Origin: an uncultured Actinomycetes bacterium
GTDB lineage: Bacteria; Actinomycetota; Thermoleophilia; Gaiellales; JAICJC01
Length of the DNA: 64,000 nucleotides
Assembly: GCA_963825325.1 (NCBI GenBank)
Contig: CAWGSU010000003.1
Coordinates: 192,895-256,894 of the forward strand
Direction: 5' to 3'
Below, in pieces: positions 18,624 through 26,287 of this stretch. Made by a program: the position numbers and the translations under genes. Under the pieces are notes generated by a model. That model made no database searches. It was given only the letters and a program-made list of their open reading frames with translations, and was not told the origin of the DNA. The number at the start of each line of letters is the position of its first letter. Within the stretch, counting starts at the first letter, position 1.

Positions 18624-18893
18624 CCACCCTCCCCAATCGGTTCGGCACAAACGGTCGCGTTCCGCGCTGCGATCTTAGAGGGTTGCCACTAGCCAAGCGC
18701 CGTCCGCGCCGGTGGCACTGTGACGACCCAGACCCGATCGACACCACGGTTGACTCGCAAGAGCTGCTCGCGCGGATCGGGCGGTGCTCGGGCGCGTCTC
18801 CGGCAGCCGCGATCGCGGGGTGATCCGCCGCGGCGAGTTGCGGTGAACCTGCCCTCCTGCTAGGTGACGGGCGGCGGGAATGGGTCGAGGCTG

Positions 18894-19235
18894 TTAGGTC
18901 CTGGCGCTGTGGCCGGGCCTGGCGGCGTGCCTGACTGCTAGCTGGGCTACGAGTTCTTCTCGCTCGTGGCGGAGGGACTGCAGCATTCGCCGAGCGGCGG
19001 TGAGCCGAGTCGCGATCTCTTCAGTCTCGTGCCGGTGGGGTGCGAGAAGCGCGCGCTTGTCCATCGACCGACGGTACACCTCGCTCGAGGCTGATCGTTC
19101 ACCTGGCTCGTCGAACGTGTCGGGTTCACCGCTTGTTTTCTGAATCGTGTCCACCCATTCACTGTCCGGGAAAGGCCCGCCCCTTAGAGTGCCCCTCGGT
19201 AAGGCTCCTGGGAGCAGACGAGGAGGTCCAAGCAT
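18894..19235 (-). CDS. hypothetical small protein (start uncertain)
   Basis: 113-aa ORF. The C-terminal half MDKRALLAPHRHETEEIATRLTAARRMLQSLRHEREELVAQL looks helical or coiled. An alternative ATG is at 19064. It lies in a degraded accessory patch. Confidence 0.3.
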   Translation of the reverse strand: MLGPPRLLPGALPRGTLRGGPFPDSEWVDTIQKTSGEPDTFDEPGERSASSEVYRRSMDKRALLAPHRHETEEIATRLTAARRMLQSLRHEREELVAQLAVRHAARPGHSART

Positions 19236-19476
19236 GGATCGCGGTCATCTTCAGCGAACCGAGGATGCGAAGCGGCGGGCGAATGAGTGGATGTGGGAGG
19301 GCGTGTCCGCGGGTGGCGGCGAGCATTCGGTGCCATTTCTGTGTGAATGCGGAGGTATTGAGTGCCATGCGACGGTGTGGCTCACGCCGCGCGAGTACGT
19401 GGCGTGTCGAGCTGCGGCCGAGGAGGGCTCGGTCGCGGCGCCCGAGCACAGTCGCCGGCTGATGGTGGTCAGTTGA
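19234..19476 (+). CDS. small cysteine-motif protein
   Basis: ATG at 19234 after RBS GAGGAGG. Product MDRGHLQRTEDAKRRANEW...FLCECGGIECHATVWLTPREY, a CxC-x4-C pattern seen in small actinobacterial hypotheticals. Confidence 0.6.
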   Translation: MDRGHLQRTEDAKRRANEWMWEGVSAGGGEHSVPFLCECGGIECHATVWLTPREYVACRAAAEEGSVAAPEHSRRLMVVS

Positions 19477-19800
19477 CGCGCCTGGTTCCACGCAGCGTGC
19501 TCTTGCGGTTAACTGTGAGCGAGTCCGGCGGGGCGGCAGGCCGGCATAGAGAACCGGCTGATCGTAAGGGGCGAGTATACGATGACGCACCGCCGCAGAT
19601 CGTTGTCGTTCGTGCTCGTACGACCGGACGTTCACCAAGCGACGAACGGCATAGATCATGTCACCTGCGGTTCCCTTCATGATCTCGCGGCGCCGCCACG
19701 GGATGCAGAGTTGGCCGCGGACGCGCTGGTGGTGCGCGAGGTGACTTGGTGTGTCGGAGCCGGCTGACGCGGCCCGGGCGCCGCTCGACATGCTGCGCGT

Positions 19801-20400
19801 GTGATGAGCCGGATCCGGAGCCGCCGGGCACGTAGTCGTCGGGTCAACCCGACCAGAGCGCCAGCAGGTAGCCGAAACCGCGCGCACCAGGCTCCCAAGC
19901 CGCCGGCACTGGCTCACAAATGCGGCGACTGCGGACGAGAGATTCTGGCTGGTCAGCGACGCTGCGCGGACTGCCACGCCACCGCGAACACCGCCAGACT
20001 TCGGGAGCACCAAGCCGCCACCACCCTCCGGCGAAGGAATACTGGGGAGCACCCCTCCGCACGCGTCGAGGTCCGAGCGCGCGTCGCCAGCGCGCAACGC
20101 GCCCACGGGGAGGCTCGTCGCGAAGAGAGTGCTTCGGGATTCACCGGTCGGCCATCCGAATTCCGCCGTCTGATCCTCCCGAAACTCCAAGCCGTCACCC
20201 CTTCGCGTCTCGCCCGAGCGACCGGACTCTCCCCCGGCTACGCAGCCCAGATCAGGAACGGTACTCGCACCCCACACCCGCGCCACTGGGCAGCACTCCA
20301 CCTCGCAGGACTGCAGGCCAACGAAGAGGCACCGGGCAGGGGTAGCGCCGGATCACGACCACCTCGCCTGCCACGCGAAGGTCCCCATCCGTCCGGTTAG
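19801..20400 (+). CDS. hypothetical protein with zinc-ribbon and HTH-like regions
   Basis: 199 aa with CGDCGREILAGQRRCADC and FRRLILPKLQAVTPSRLARATGLSPGYAAQIRNGTRTPHPRHW. I recall this motif pair from actinobacterial hypothetical proteins. Confidence 0.55.
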   Translation: MMSRIRSRRARSRRVNPTRAPAGSRNRAHQAPKPPALAHKCGDCGREILAGQRRCADCHATANTARLREHQAATTLRRRNTGEHPSARVEVRARVASAQRAHGEARREESASGFTGRPSEFRRLILPKLQAVTPSRLARATGLSPGYAAQIRNGTRTPHPRHWAALHLAGLQANEEAPGRGSAGSRPPRLPREGPHPSG

Positions 20401-20426
20401 GGAGAGAAGGAATTAGACCGGCCGTC

Positions 20427-21347
20427 TCAGGAAAGGAAGCGGTGGATGGCTTCGTTGGCGTTGTCCTGAAACGACGGGTTGGCCAGATCGGGGAAGATGT
20501 CCGCTTGGTTGACCAGGGGACCCTTGAGCGTGTTGGCCGCGCTGGCGTAGAACTCGCCGCTGGACAGGGTCGGGTCGGTGACGCCGTCGACGAGCCGCTT
20601 CGCTCCCACGTCGAGTTTGTGGGCGAGACCTAGGGCGGGCATGACGTACTTGGCGGCTACCCGCATCGGTAGGGGAAGGTCGTTGGGGGCTTGGGTGCCG
20701 GTGGTGTTGCCGGGGCTCACGGTGATGAATCGGCGGTCGGGGTGTTGGCGGGCCAGGTAGGCCATCCAGAGGGCCCCGATGTACTTGGTCTGGCCGAACG
20801 CGAGGTTGAAGTCAGCTTTTCTGCTGGCGAAGTAGCTGCCGTCGATGACGGTGGCGAGTTCATCGGCTGAGGTTGAGACGAAGGATGGCCCTTTCATCCG
20901 CAACTTCGGAACTCCGCGGACTGCTTCACTTCCGGCGAGGACCGCAACCTCGCCAAGCCGGTCATGGGCCAGGAGCCCTTCGAGGAGGACGACGTGGCCA
21001 AGGACGTTCGTCGCGAACACGGTGGTGACCCCGTCAGCGGTCAAGTCCATCGTCTTCGGGCCAATGACGCCGGCGTTCATGACCAGCGCGTCGAGGGATC
21101 CGTCGATGGCCGCCAGGCCGGCGCGGACGGAACCCAGATCGGCAACGTCCATGAGAACGATGTCGAAGATCTTCCGGCCGGTCTCCGCTTCGAGGTCGGC
21201 CTTCGCCGTTCTCGCCCGCTCTTGGTTCCGGCACGCCAGGTAGATGCGGGCGATCTCGGGACGTGATGCCAGTTGCCGGGCCACCTCCTTGCCGATCCCG
21301 ACGTTGGCGCCCGTGATCAACACGGTCTTTCCTGGGAGTGTGCTCAT
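20427..21347 (-). CDS. short-chain dehydrogenase/reductase (SDR)
   Basis: ATG at 21347 after RBS GAGGGA. Product MSTLPGKTVLITGANVGIGKEVARQL...NAGV. The upstream part of ORF 20427..21650 is R-rich noise. Confidence 0.9.
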   Translation of the reverse strand: MSTLPGKTVLITGANVGIGKEVARQLASRPEIARIYLACRNQERARTAKADLEAETGRKIFDIVLMDVADLGSVRAGLAAIDGSLDALVMNAGVIGPKTMDLTADGVTTVFATNVLGHVVLLEGLLAHDRLGEVAVLAGSEAVRGVPKLRMKGPSFVSTSADELATVIDGSYFASRKADFNLAFGQTKYIGALWMAYLARQHPDRRFITVSPGNTTGTQAPNDLPLPMRVAAKYVMPALGLAHKLDVGAKRLVDGVTDPTLSSGEFYASAANTLKGPLVNQADIFPDLANPSFQDNANEAIHRFLS

Positions 21348-21508
21348 CAGACTTTCCCTCTCATCTTTCTTGGGCCTGGCCCGCACAGCGGCCTTTTGCT
21401 TTCCCGGCCGTTGCAGCCACAAGGCTGTTCTTGACTGGAATGATTGATCCACTATGCCAAATATCATATGGTATGTCAAAGCCATTTTCAGCGGTATACT
21501 TTCCGCGG
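21348..21508. promoter_or_regulatory. divergent SDR/TetR intergenic region with an AT-rich imperfect palindrome
   Basis: Local AT-rich patch CCAAATATCATATGGTATGTCAAAGCCATTTTCAGCGGTATACT, including TATCATATGGTA (10/12 palindromic), between divergent starts at 21347 and 21509. Confidence 0.4.
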
Positions 21509-22147
21509 ATGTCCTCAAGCAGCTCTGGTCGGCCGCGGTTGACGCGCAAGGGCGCCGCCACGCGCGCGCGGATCGTCGACGCCGCGGCAGAGCTGATCTT
21601 TCAGCAGGGCGTTGCCCACACGACGATCGAGGAAGTGCGCGACGGCGCACACGTGAGCAGCTCGCAGCTCTACCACTACTTCGAGGACAAGCCGGCGCTC
21701 GTCCGGGCAGTCATCGAGCGCCAGGCCGACACGATGATCGCCACGCAGGAGCGGTTTGACCTCAGCAGCCTCGACGGCCTGCGGGAGTGGCGCGATTTCG
21801 TTGTCGATCACGCCCGCACCATGGGCGGCCGCTTCGGTTGCCCGATCGGCTCTCTCGGTGCCGCGCTGGCCGAGACGGAGCCCGAAGGTAGGGCAGTGGT
21901 TGCGGCGTCCTTCAAACGCTGGGAGGCCAGCATCATGGCTGGTTTTCTGCGGATGCACGCGCTTGGCCGACTCGAGCCGGAGGCCGACCCGCGCCAGCTC
22001 GCGCTGGCCACGCTTGCCGCACTTGAGGGCGGCCTCTTGCTCGCTCAGATCCAGCGCGACTCCGAACCGCTCGCGGCCGCGCTCGACGCGATGCTCACGC
22101 TCATCGCCACCCTCAGGAGCACCACGAGCACGTCGCTCAACCGCTGA
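21509..22147 (+). CDS. TetR-family transcriptional regulator
   Basis: ATG at 21509. Product MSSSSSGRPRLTRKGAATRARIVDAAAELIFQQGVAHTTIEEVRDGAHVSSSQLYHYF, a TetR HTH. Confidence 0.9.
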   Translation: MSSSSSGRPRLTRKGAATRARIVDAAAELIFQQGVAHTTIEEVRDGAHVSSSQLYHYFEDKPALVRAVIERQADTMIATQERFDLSSLDGLREWRDFVVDHARTMGGRFGCPIGSLGAALAETEPEGRAVVAASFKRWEASIMAGFLRMHALGRLEPEADPRQLALATLAALEGGLLLAQIQRDSEPLAAALDAMLTLIATLRSTTSTSLNR

Positions 22148-22279
22148 GCGGCACCGATGCCCTAGGGGAAGCCGTCGCTGAGCGCGTGGTGCGAGATCCT
22201 CTGTGTAATGGATTACTTACGCCATTTCTGTTACAGTCTGCCCTGGAATAATGGATTGTGTTTTCCAACTGTGAAGGGG

Positions 22280-22920
22280 ATGTCGACAATGGATCTGCAG
22301 GACAAACGGGTTTGATCACCGGTGGCACGTCCGGGATGGGGATTGCCACCGCGCAGGCGCAGTTCATCGCCGCGGATTTCTCGGAGTTCTCCGAGGTGGG
22401 GCGTGTCGCCGAGGCGGCAGGCGAAATCGATGTCCTTCTCAACCTTGCCGGCGTTGCCGTCATGGGAGCGACGACTGACACCGACGAGACGGCGTTCGAC
22501 GGTCTGTTCCAGATCAACGTCAAGGCGCCGTTCTTCCTCGTTGCCGCGCTCGCCCCGAAGATCGCTGCCCGCGGTGGCGGGTCGATCATCAACGTCTCAA
22601 CGATGGTCGCGAGCTACGGCCAGCCAGGCTTGGCTGCCTACGGAGCCTCGCGCGTGGCGATCGAGCTGCTGACAAAGGCGTGGGCCGCCGAATACGGGCC
22701 GCAGAACGTCCGGGTTAACGCGGTCGCTCCCGGTCCGACGTTGACCCCGACACTGGAGCCGCGGTTGGCGATGGCCCAGGAGTTTGCCAAGCAGATTCCA
22801 CTCGGCCGGGTCGCTGACGTGCGCGAGCTGTCTGACGTCATCACGTTCCTCGCGACCCCGGCGGCCGGCGACATCACCGGCGCGATCATCCACGTCGACG
22901 GCGGCCGCACCGCGGTCTGA
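22280..22920 (+). pseudogene. SDR-family gene with a 5' frameshift and an internal deletion of the cofactor-binding region
   Basis: RBS AAGGGGA plus ATG 22280/22289 encodes (MST)MDLQDKRV then a stop. The SDR body TGLITGGTSGMG... continues in the +1 frame from about 22306 (GACAAACGG). GIATAQAQFIAADFSE lacks the roughly 35 aa normally between the glycine motif and the D-x-S/T strand. Length 632 = 3n-1. Confidence 0.6.
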
Positions 22921-22976
22921 GAGAGACGCGATGGTCCTGGTCACCACTCCCCGCGAGCGGACTTCCCAGGGGCGGA

Positions 22977-23174
22977 TTAGAGGATCTTGAAGAGCATCTT
23001 GACGCCCGTGCGGAGGTTCCGTTGGCGAGCCAGAACCGCGACCGTGATTAGCCCTCCCAAGACGATGGGCACGAAAGAGCGTGCTTCGTCTTTGAGCGCA
23101 TCGAGGTCTGTCGCCAGCGCTTGCCGCTCAGCCGCGATCTCCAACCGGATCTCCTCGACCGGGCGCTCAGGCAT
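22977..23174 (-). CDS. small membrane-anchored protein (DUF3618-like)
   Basis: 65 aa with helical N-terminus EEIRLEIAAERQALATDLDALKDEA and a C-terminal TM segment. It overlaps the upstream gene stop by 8 nt. Confidence 0.6.
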   Translation of the reverse strand: MPERPVEEIRLEIAAERQALATDLDALKDEARSFVPIVLGGLITVAVLARQRNLRTGVKMLFKIL

Positions 23175-23535
23175 GGTCCTGAAGCGTCTTCACGGTTCGC
23201 TGCGCCTCGTCGGCGACGGCCCACGGCACCGTGGCCTTCTTCGCGAAACGCTTCGCCAGTAGTCCTGCGATCGCAGCCACCAAGAGCACTCCGCCCGCAA
23301 CGATCAGCAACGAGAGCCACACCGAGAAGGTGGTGCTCAGCGCCGCTGCCGCGGCGCCGAGGGCGAACAGCACCGCGTAGGCGATGAGCACGACCGCCGC
23401 CAGTCCGAGCGCGCCGGCGACTCCGACCGCGCCGGCTTTCCGCTTCGCCTCGAGCTGAGCAAGCTCGACGTTGAGTTGGGCTAACGACCTCAGCCGAGTC
23501 TGCACCCGCCTCGCTTGGGAGACGATCCCGAACAT
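23167..23535 (-). CDS. phage-holin-family / Holin-X-like membrane protein
   Basis: ATG at 23535. Product MFGIVSQARRVQTRLRSLAQLNVELAQLEAKRK followed by two TM segments. An earlier GTG is possible. Confidence 0.65.
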   Translation of the reverse strand: MFGIVSQARRVQTRLRSLAQLNVELAQLEAKRKAGAVGVAGALGLAAVVLIAYAVLFALGAAAAALSTTFSVWLSLLIVAGGVLLVAAIAGLLAKRFAKKATVPWAVADEAQRTVKTLQDHA

Positions 23536-23653
23536 CTCGGCAGCGAGCGTAGCAGGCTGGCCGACGCTCAGCCGTTTCGGGCAGCGCCCGTCCCGAACCT
23601 GACGTTCGGTACCATTGACGGCTCTGCGGTTGACGAGAACTGAGGAGGCAGTC

Positions 23654-23971
23654 ATGAAGACGTTGCTCGCTGTGCTTGTCGGGGTGCTTGCGGCGATCGG
23701 TGCCGCCGTCGTCGCTCTCGTGTTCTTGCGGAAGAAGCCGGACTCGTGGGGCCCGGCGGTGAGTTCCGCTCGAGACACGGCCACCTCGTGGGGGAAGTCC
23801 GCGGCCGACGGGGCGAGCCAGGCCGCCGACAAGGTTGCGGCCACCGCTGCTGATGCCACCGATGCGGCGAGCAAAGCCGCCGACAAGGTTGCGGCCACCG
23901 CCGAGGGTGCGACCGATGCGGCATCCACAGTCGCCGATCAGGCGAAGAGCATGGTGCGCAAGGGCACCTGA
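23654..23971 (+). CDS. membrane-anchored alanine-rich repeat protein (YtxH-like)
   Basis: RBS GAGGAGG plus ATG 23654. Product has an MKTLLAVLVGVLAAIGAAVVALVFL anchor, then two 18-aa repeats AADKVAATA(A/E)(D/G)ATDAAS. Confidence 0.7.
   Translation: MKTLLAVLVGVLAAIGAAVVALVFLRKKPDSWGPAVSSARDTATSWGKSAADGASQAADKVAATAADATDAASKAADKVAATAEGATDAASTVADQAKSMVRKGT
23822..23901 (+). repeat. in-frame 54-bp tandem duplication inside the YtxH-like gene
   Basis: GCCGCCGACAAGGTTGCGGCCACCGC occurs at 23822-23847 and again at 23876-23901. Confidence 0.7.
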
Positions 23972-24070
23972 CCGAGTCGGTCTGCACGGGCGCCGTGGCG
24001 GCCTGCGTGGAAAACGATAGGGACCTGCTGCCGTTACCCTCAGCCTGCTCGACAGCCAGACAATCCGGTC

Positions 24071-24162
24071 GTGCGGCGTTTCGCCCTCTCTATCTACTCT
24101 CCCGGGAGCCATTTGACGGGTTATAGGGATTGCAGGAAGTCGGACACGGGGGGCATCCCGAC
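24071..24162 (+). repeat. mosaic repeat copy 4: arm B(rc) - core - arm C
   Basis: Core at 24101-24120. The left arm GTGCGGCGTTTCGCCCTCTCTATCTACTCT is a 30/30 reverse complement of 27676-27705. The right arm is TTATAGGGATTGCAGGAA plus hairpin GTCGG..CCGAC. Confidence 0.9.
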
Positions 24163-24314
24163 GTGGCGACGCGGCTAGGGTACGCCTCCGGTTCCACGCC
24201 GTCGAGGGCGGCGGCGACGACGATGGCGTCGCCCGCTTCCACCCGATCGGCAGCCCGCCACGTTCCGAGCAGCCGCTCGGGATCCCCGCCCGCAGGGCCA
24301 GCGGGTTAGCGACC

Positions 24315-25520
24315 TCAGTCGTGCGGCGGCGATTGTTCGACGGCGTCCTCGCGTCGGGGGAGGCGGACGCTGATATCGAGGCCACCCGTGGGCATGGCGG
24401 TTGCTTCTACCGTGCCGCCGTGTACCGCGGCGATTGATGAGACGAGGGTGAGACCGAGTCCGAAGCCGTCGTGGCGAGTGCGGTCATCGAGGCGGGTGAA
24501 CGGCAGGAACAGCCGGTCGACTTGATCGGGTGGTACGAGCGGGCCGGTGTTGGCGACTCGCACCACGGACGCGCCGTTGTCGGTTCCGGTCGAAATCGTG
24601 ACAGTGCCGCCCGCGATGTTGTAGCGCTCGGCGTTCGAGAGGAGGTTGGCGACGAGCCGTTCGAGCAGGACTCCGTCGCCGGTCACGGGAGCTTCATGGA
24701 GTGCAGTGGTCGTCGTGATCCCGTTTGCGGTACGTCCCTCGAGTGCGTCTTCGGAAACCGCGGCGAGATCCAGCGGTTCGGTGAGGGTACGCGCCTGGTC
24801 GTTGCGTGCGAGTACCAGCAGTGCCTCGATGAGCCGCTCGGAGTGACCGACCGCCTGGCGGACCTCGGCGGCCATCGACACCAGTTCGTCGCGCGCTGGC
24901 TCGGGCTTGGCGAGGACGACGTCGATGGCCGTGCGCATCACGGTCAGTGGCGTTCGGAGCTCGTGGCTCGCGTTGGCGATGAACTGCCGCTGGCTGGTGA
25001 AGGCGCGGTCGAGGCGTTCGAGCATCGTGTCGAAGGTGTCGGCGAGCTCACGCAGCTCGTCGCGCGGTCCCTCGAGAGCGATGCGCTGGGACAGATCTTG
25101 CTCGCTTGCCGCGCGAGCAGCTGCTGTCAGCTGGTGGACCGGGCGAAGGATGCGTCCGGCCACGATCCAGCCCACAACCACGGCGAGCGCGATGACTCCG
25201 GTCAGGGTGAGGAGCGAGTACGTCAGGAGGTGGGTGAGCGTCGTGCTGCGCTGAGCGGCGGCGCCGGCCCGGACACCGTTCGCGTACACGTCGCCGCACT
25301 TCTGCAGAACGCTGGAGCTGACACCACCACGGTGCGACGCGGCTTGCAGGCACCTCTCAAGCGCTGGTCGGATCGCGGTCGGGATCGTCGTCGGAGTCGC
25401 CCGGTTCAAAGTGTGCGCGACCAGCAGGTAGGTGATCAGTACCAGCGCGGCGCCGCCCACCGCGAACAGCGACGTATAGACCAGCGTCAGTCGCGACCGG
25501 GCGCTGAGCGGGCGACTCAC
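24315..25520 (-). CDS. sensor histidine kinase
   Basis: 401 aa with two N-terminal TM segments, H-box FIANASHELRTPLTV, and ATPase boxes NLLSNAERYN and GFGLGLTLV. Confidence 0.9.
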   Translation of the reverse strand: MSRPLSARSRLTLVYTSLFAVGGAALVLITYLLVAHTLNRATPTTIPTAIRPALERCLQAASHRGGVSSSVLQKCGDVYANGVRAGAAAQRSTTLTHLLTYSLLTLTGVIALAVVVGWIVAGRILRPVHQLTAAARAASEQDLSQRIALEGPRDELRELADTFDTMLERLDRAFTSQRQFIANASHELRTPLTVMRTAIDVVLAKPEPARDELVSMAAEVRQAVGHSERLIEALLVLARNDQARTLTEPLDLAAVSEDALEGRTANGITTTTALHEAPVTGDGVLLERLVANLLSNAERYNIAGGTVTISTGTDNGASVVRVANTGPLVPPDQVDRLFLPFTRLDDRTRHDGFGLGLTLVSSIAAVHGGTVEATAMPTGGLDISVRLPRREDAVEQSPPHD

Positions 25521-26182
25521 AGCCGGTAGCCGACACCGACGACGGTCTCGATCAGCGGCGGCTCCCCGAGCTTCCGCCGCAAACGTGCAATCGTGACGGC
25601 GACCGTATTGCTAAATGGATCGGCGTTCTCGTCCCACACGTGTTCCAGTAGATGCTCGGCGCTGACCGGTGCGCCGTCCGCGTCGGCCAGACACTCCAGC
25701 ACGCCGAACTCCTTGCGGGTCAGGGTCAGCGGGATGCCGGCGCGGCTGGCACGGTGCCGCGCACGATCGACCACCAAGTCGCCTCTGTGCACGACCGCGG
25801 GTGAGCCGGGCCCGCGGCGCCCAAGCGCGCGGATCCGCGCGATCAACTCGTGGAAGGCGAATGGCTTGCCGAGGTAGTCGTCTGCGCCCAACTCCAATCC
25901 GTCGACCCGATCCTCGACGTCTGCGGCAGCAGTCAGCATCAGGATGCGGCTCGACAAGCCGTCGCGCACTAGACGCCGGCAGACCTGGTCGCCGTGGACG
26001 GACGGCAGGTCGCGGTCGAGCACAACCACGTCGTATTCCGTAGCCGTGGTTCTCTGCAGCGCTGCCGAGCCGTCGTAGACCACATCGACGGCGAATCCGG
26101 CGTCGCGCAGACCCTCGCCGATTCGGTTGGCCAGCGCGACGTGATCCTCCACAACGAGCACGCGCACATCCACATTCTGCAC
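25517..26182 (-). CDS. OmpR-family response regulator
   Basis: 221 aa with receiver motifs VLVVEDH and VVVLDRDLP and a winged-helix C-terminus LTRKEFGVLECLA...VGVGYRL. There is a 4-nt overlap with the kinase gene. Confidence 0.9.
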   Translation of the reverse strand: MQNVDVRVLVVEDHVALANRIGEGLRDAGFAVDVVYDGSAALQRTTATEYDVVVLDRDLPSVHGDQVCRRLVRDGLSSRILMLTAAADVEDRVDGLELGADDYLGKPFAFHELIARIRALGRRGPGSPAVVHRGDLVVDRARHRASRAGIPLTLTRKEFGVLECLADADGAPVSAEHLLEHVWDENADPFSNTVAVTIARLRRKLGEPPLIETVVGVGYRL

Positions 26183-26287
26183 TGACCCAGGTGACAGCCG
26201 CCTAACAATCGCTGTTCGGCTCCTGTCATCGTCTGGGTGCTAAACCGGACAGGCAACGCCCCGCGATGTCCATGAACGGAGCAGCCG

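Noticed and set aside
18860-19224. Weak core or arm-like strings: GGTGACGGG...AGGCTGTTAGG at about 18866-18895, and CCTGGGAGCAGACGAGG at 19207-19223
   Set aside because: These need several gaps to align and share only 9-11 contiguous nt with the repeat. They are mentioned only as context for the accessory patch.
19159-20301. 380-aa minus-strand ORF spanning the accessory patch
   Set aside because: The composition is S/R/A-rich and low-complexity with no motifs. It overlaps the better-supported plus-strand genes at 19234..19476 and 19801..20400. It crosses a lower-GC stretch where its frame shows no coding bias that I could see.
24170-24312. Start-less minus-frame segment GDPERLLGTWRAADRVEAGDAIVVAAALDGVEPEAYP between the histidine kinase stop and repeat copy 4
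   Set aside because: It is only about 45 codons, with no start and no recognisable family. It cannot be distinguished from chance open frame in GC-rich DNA.
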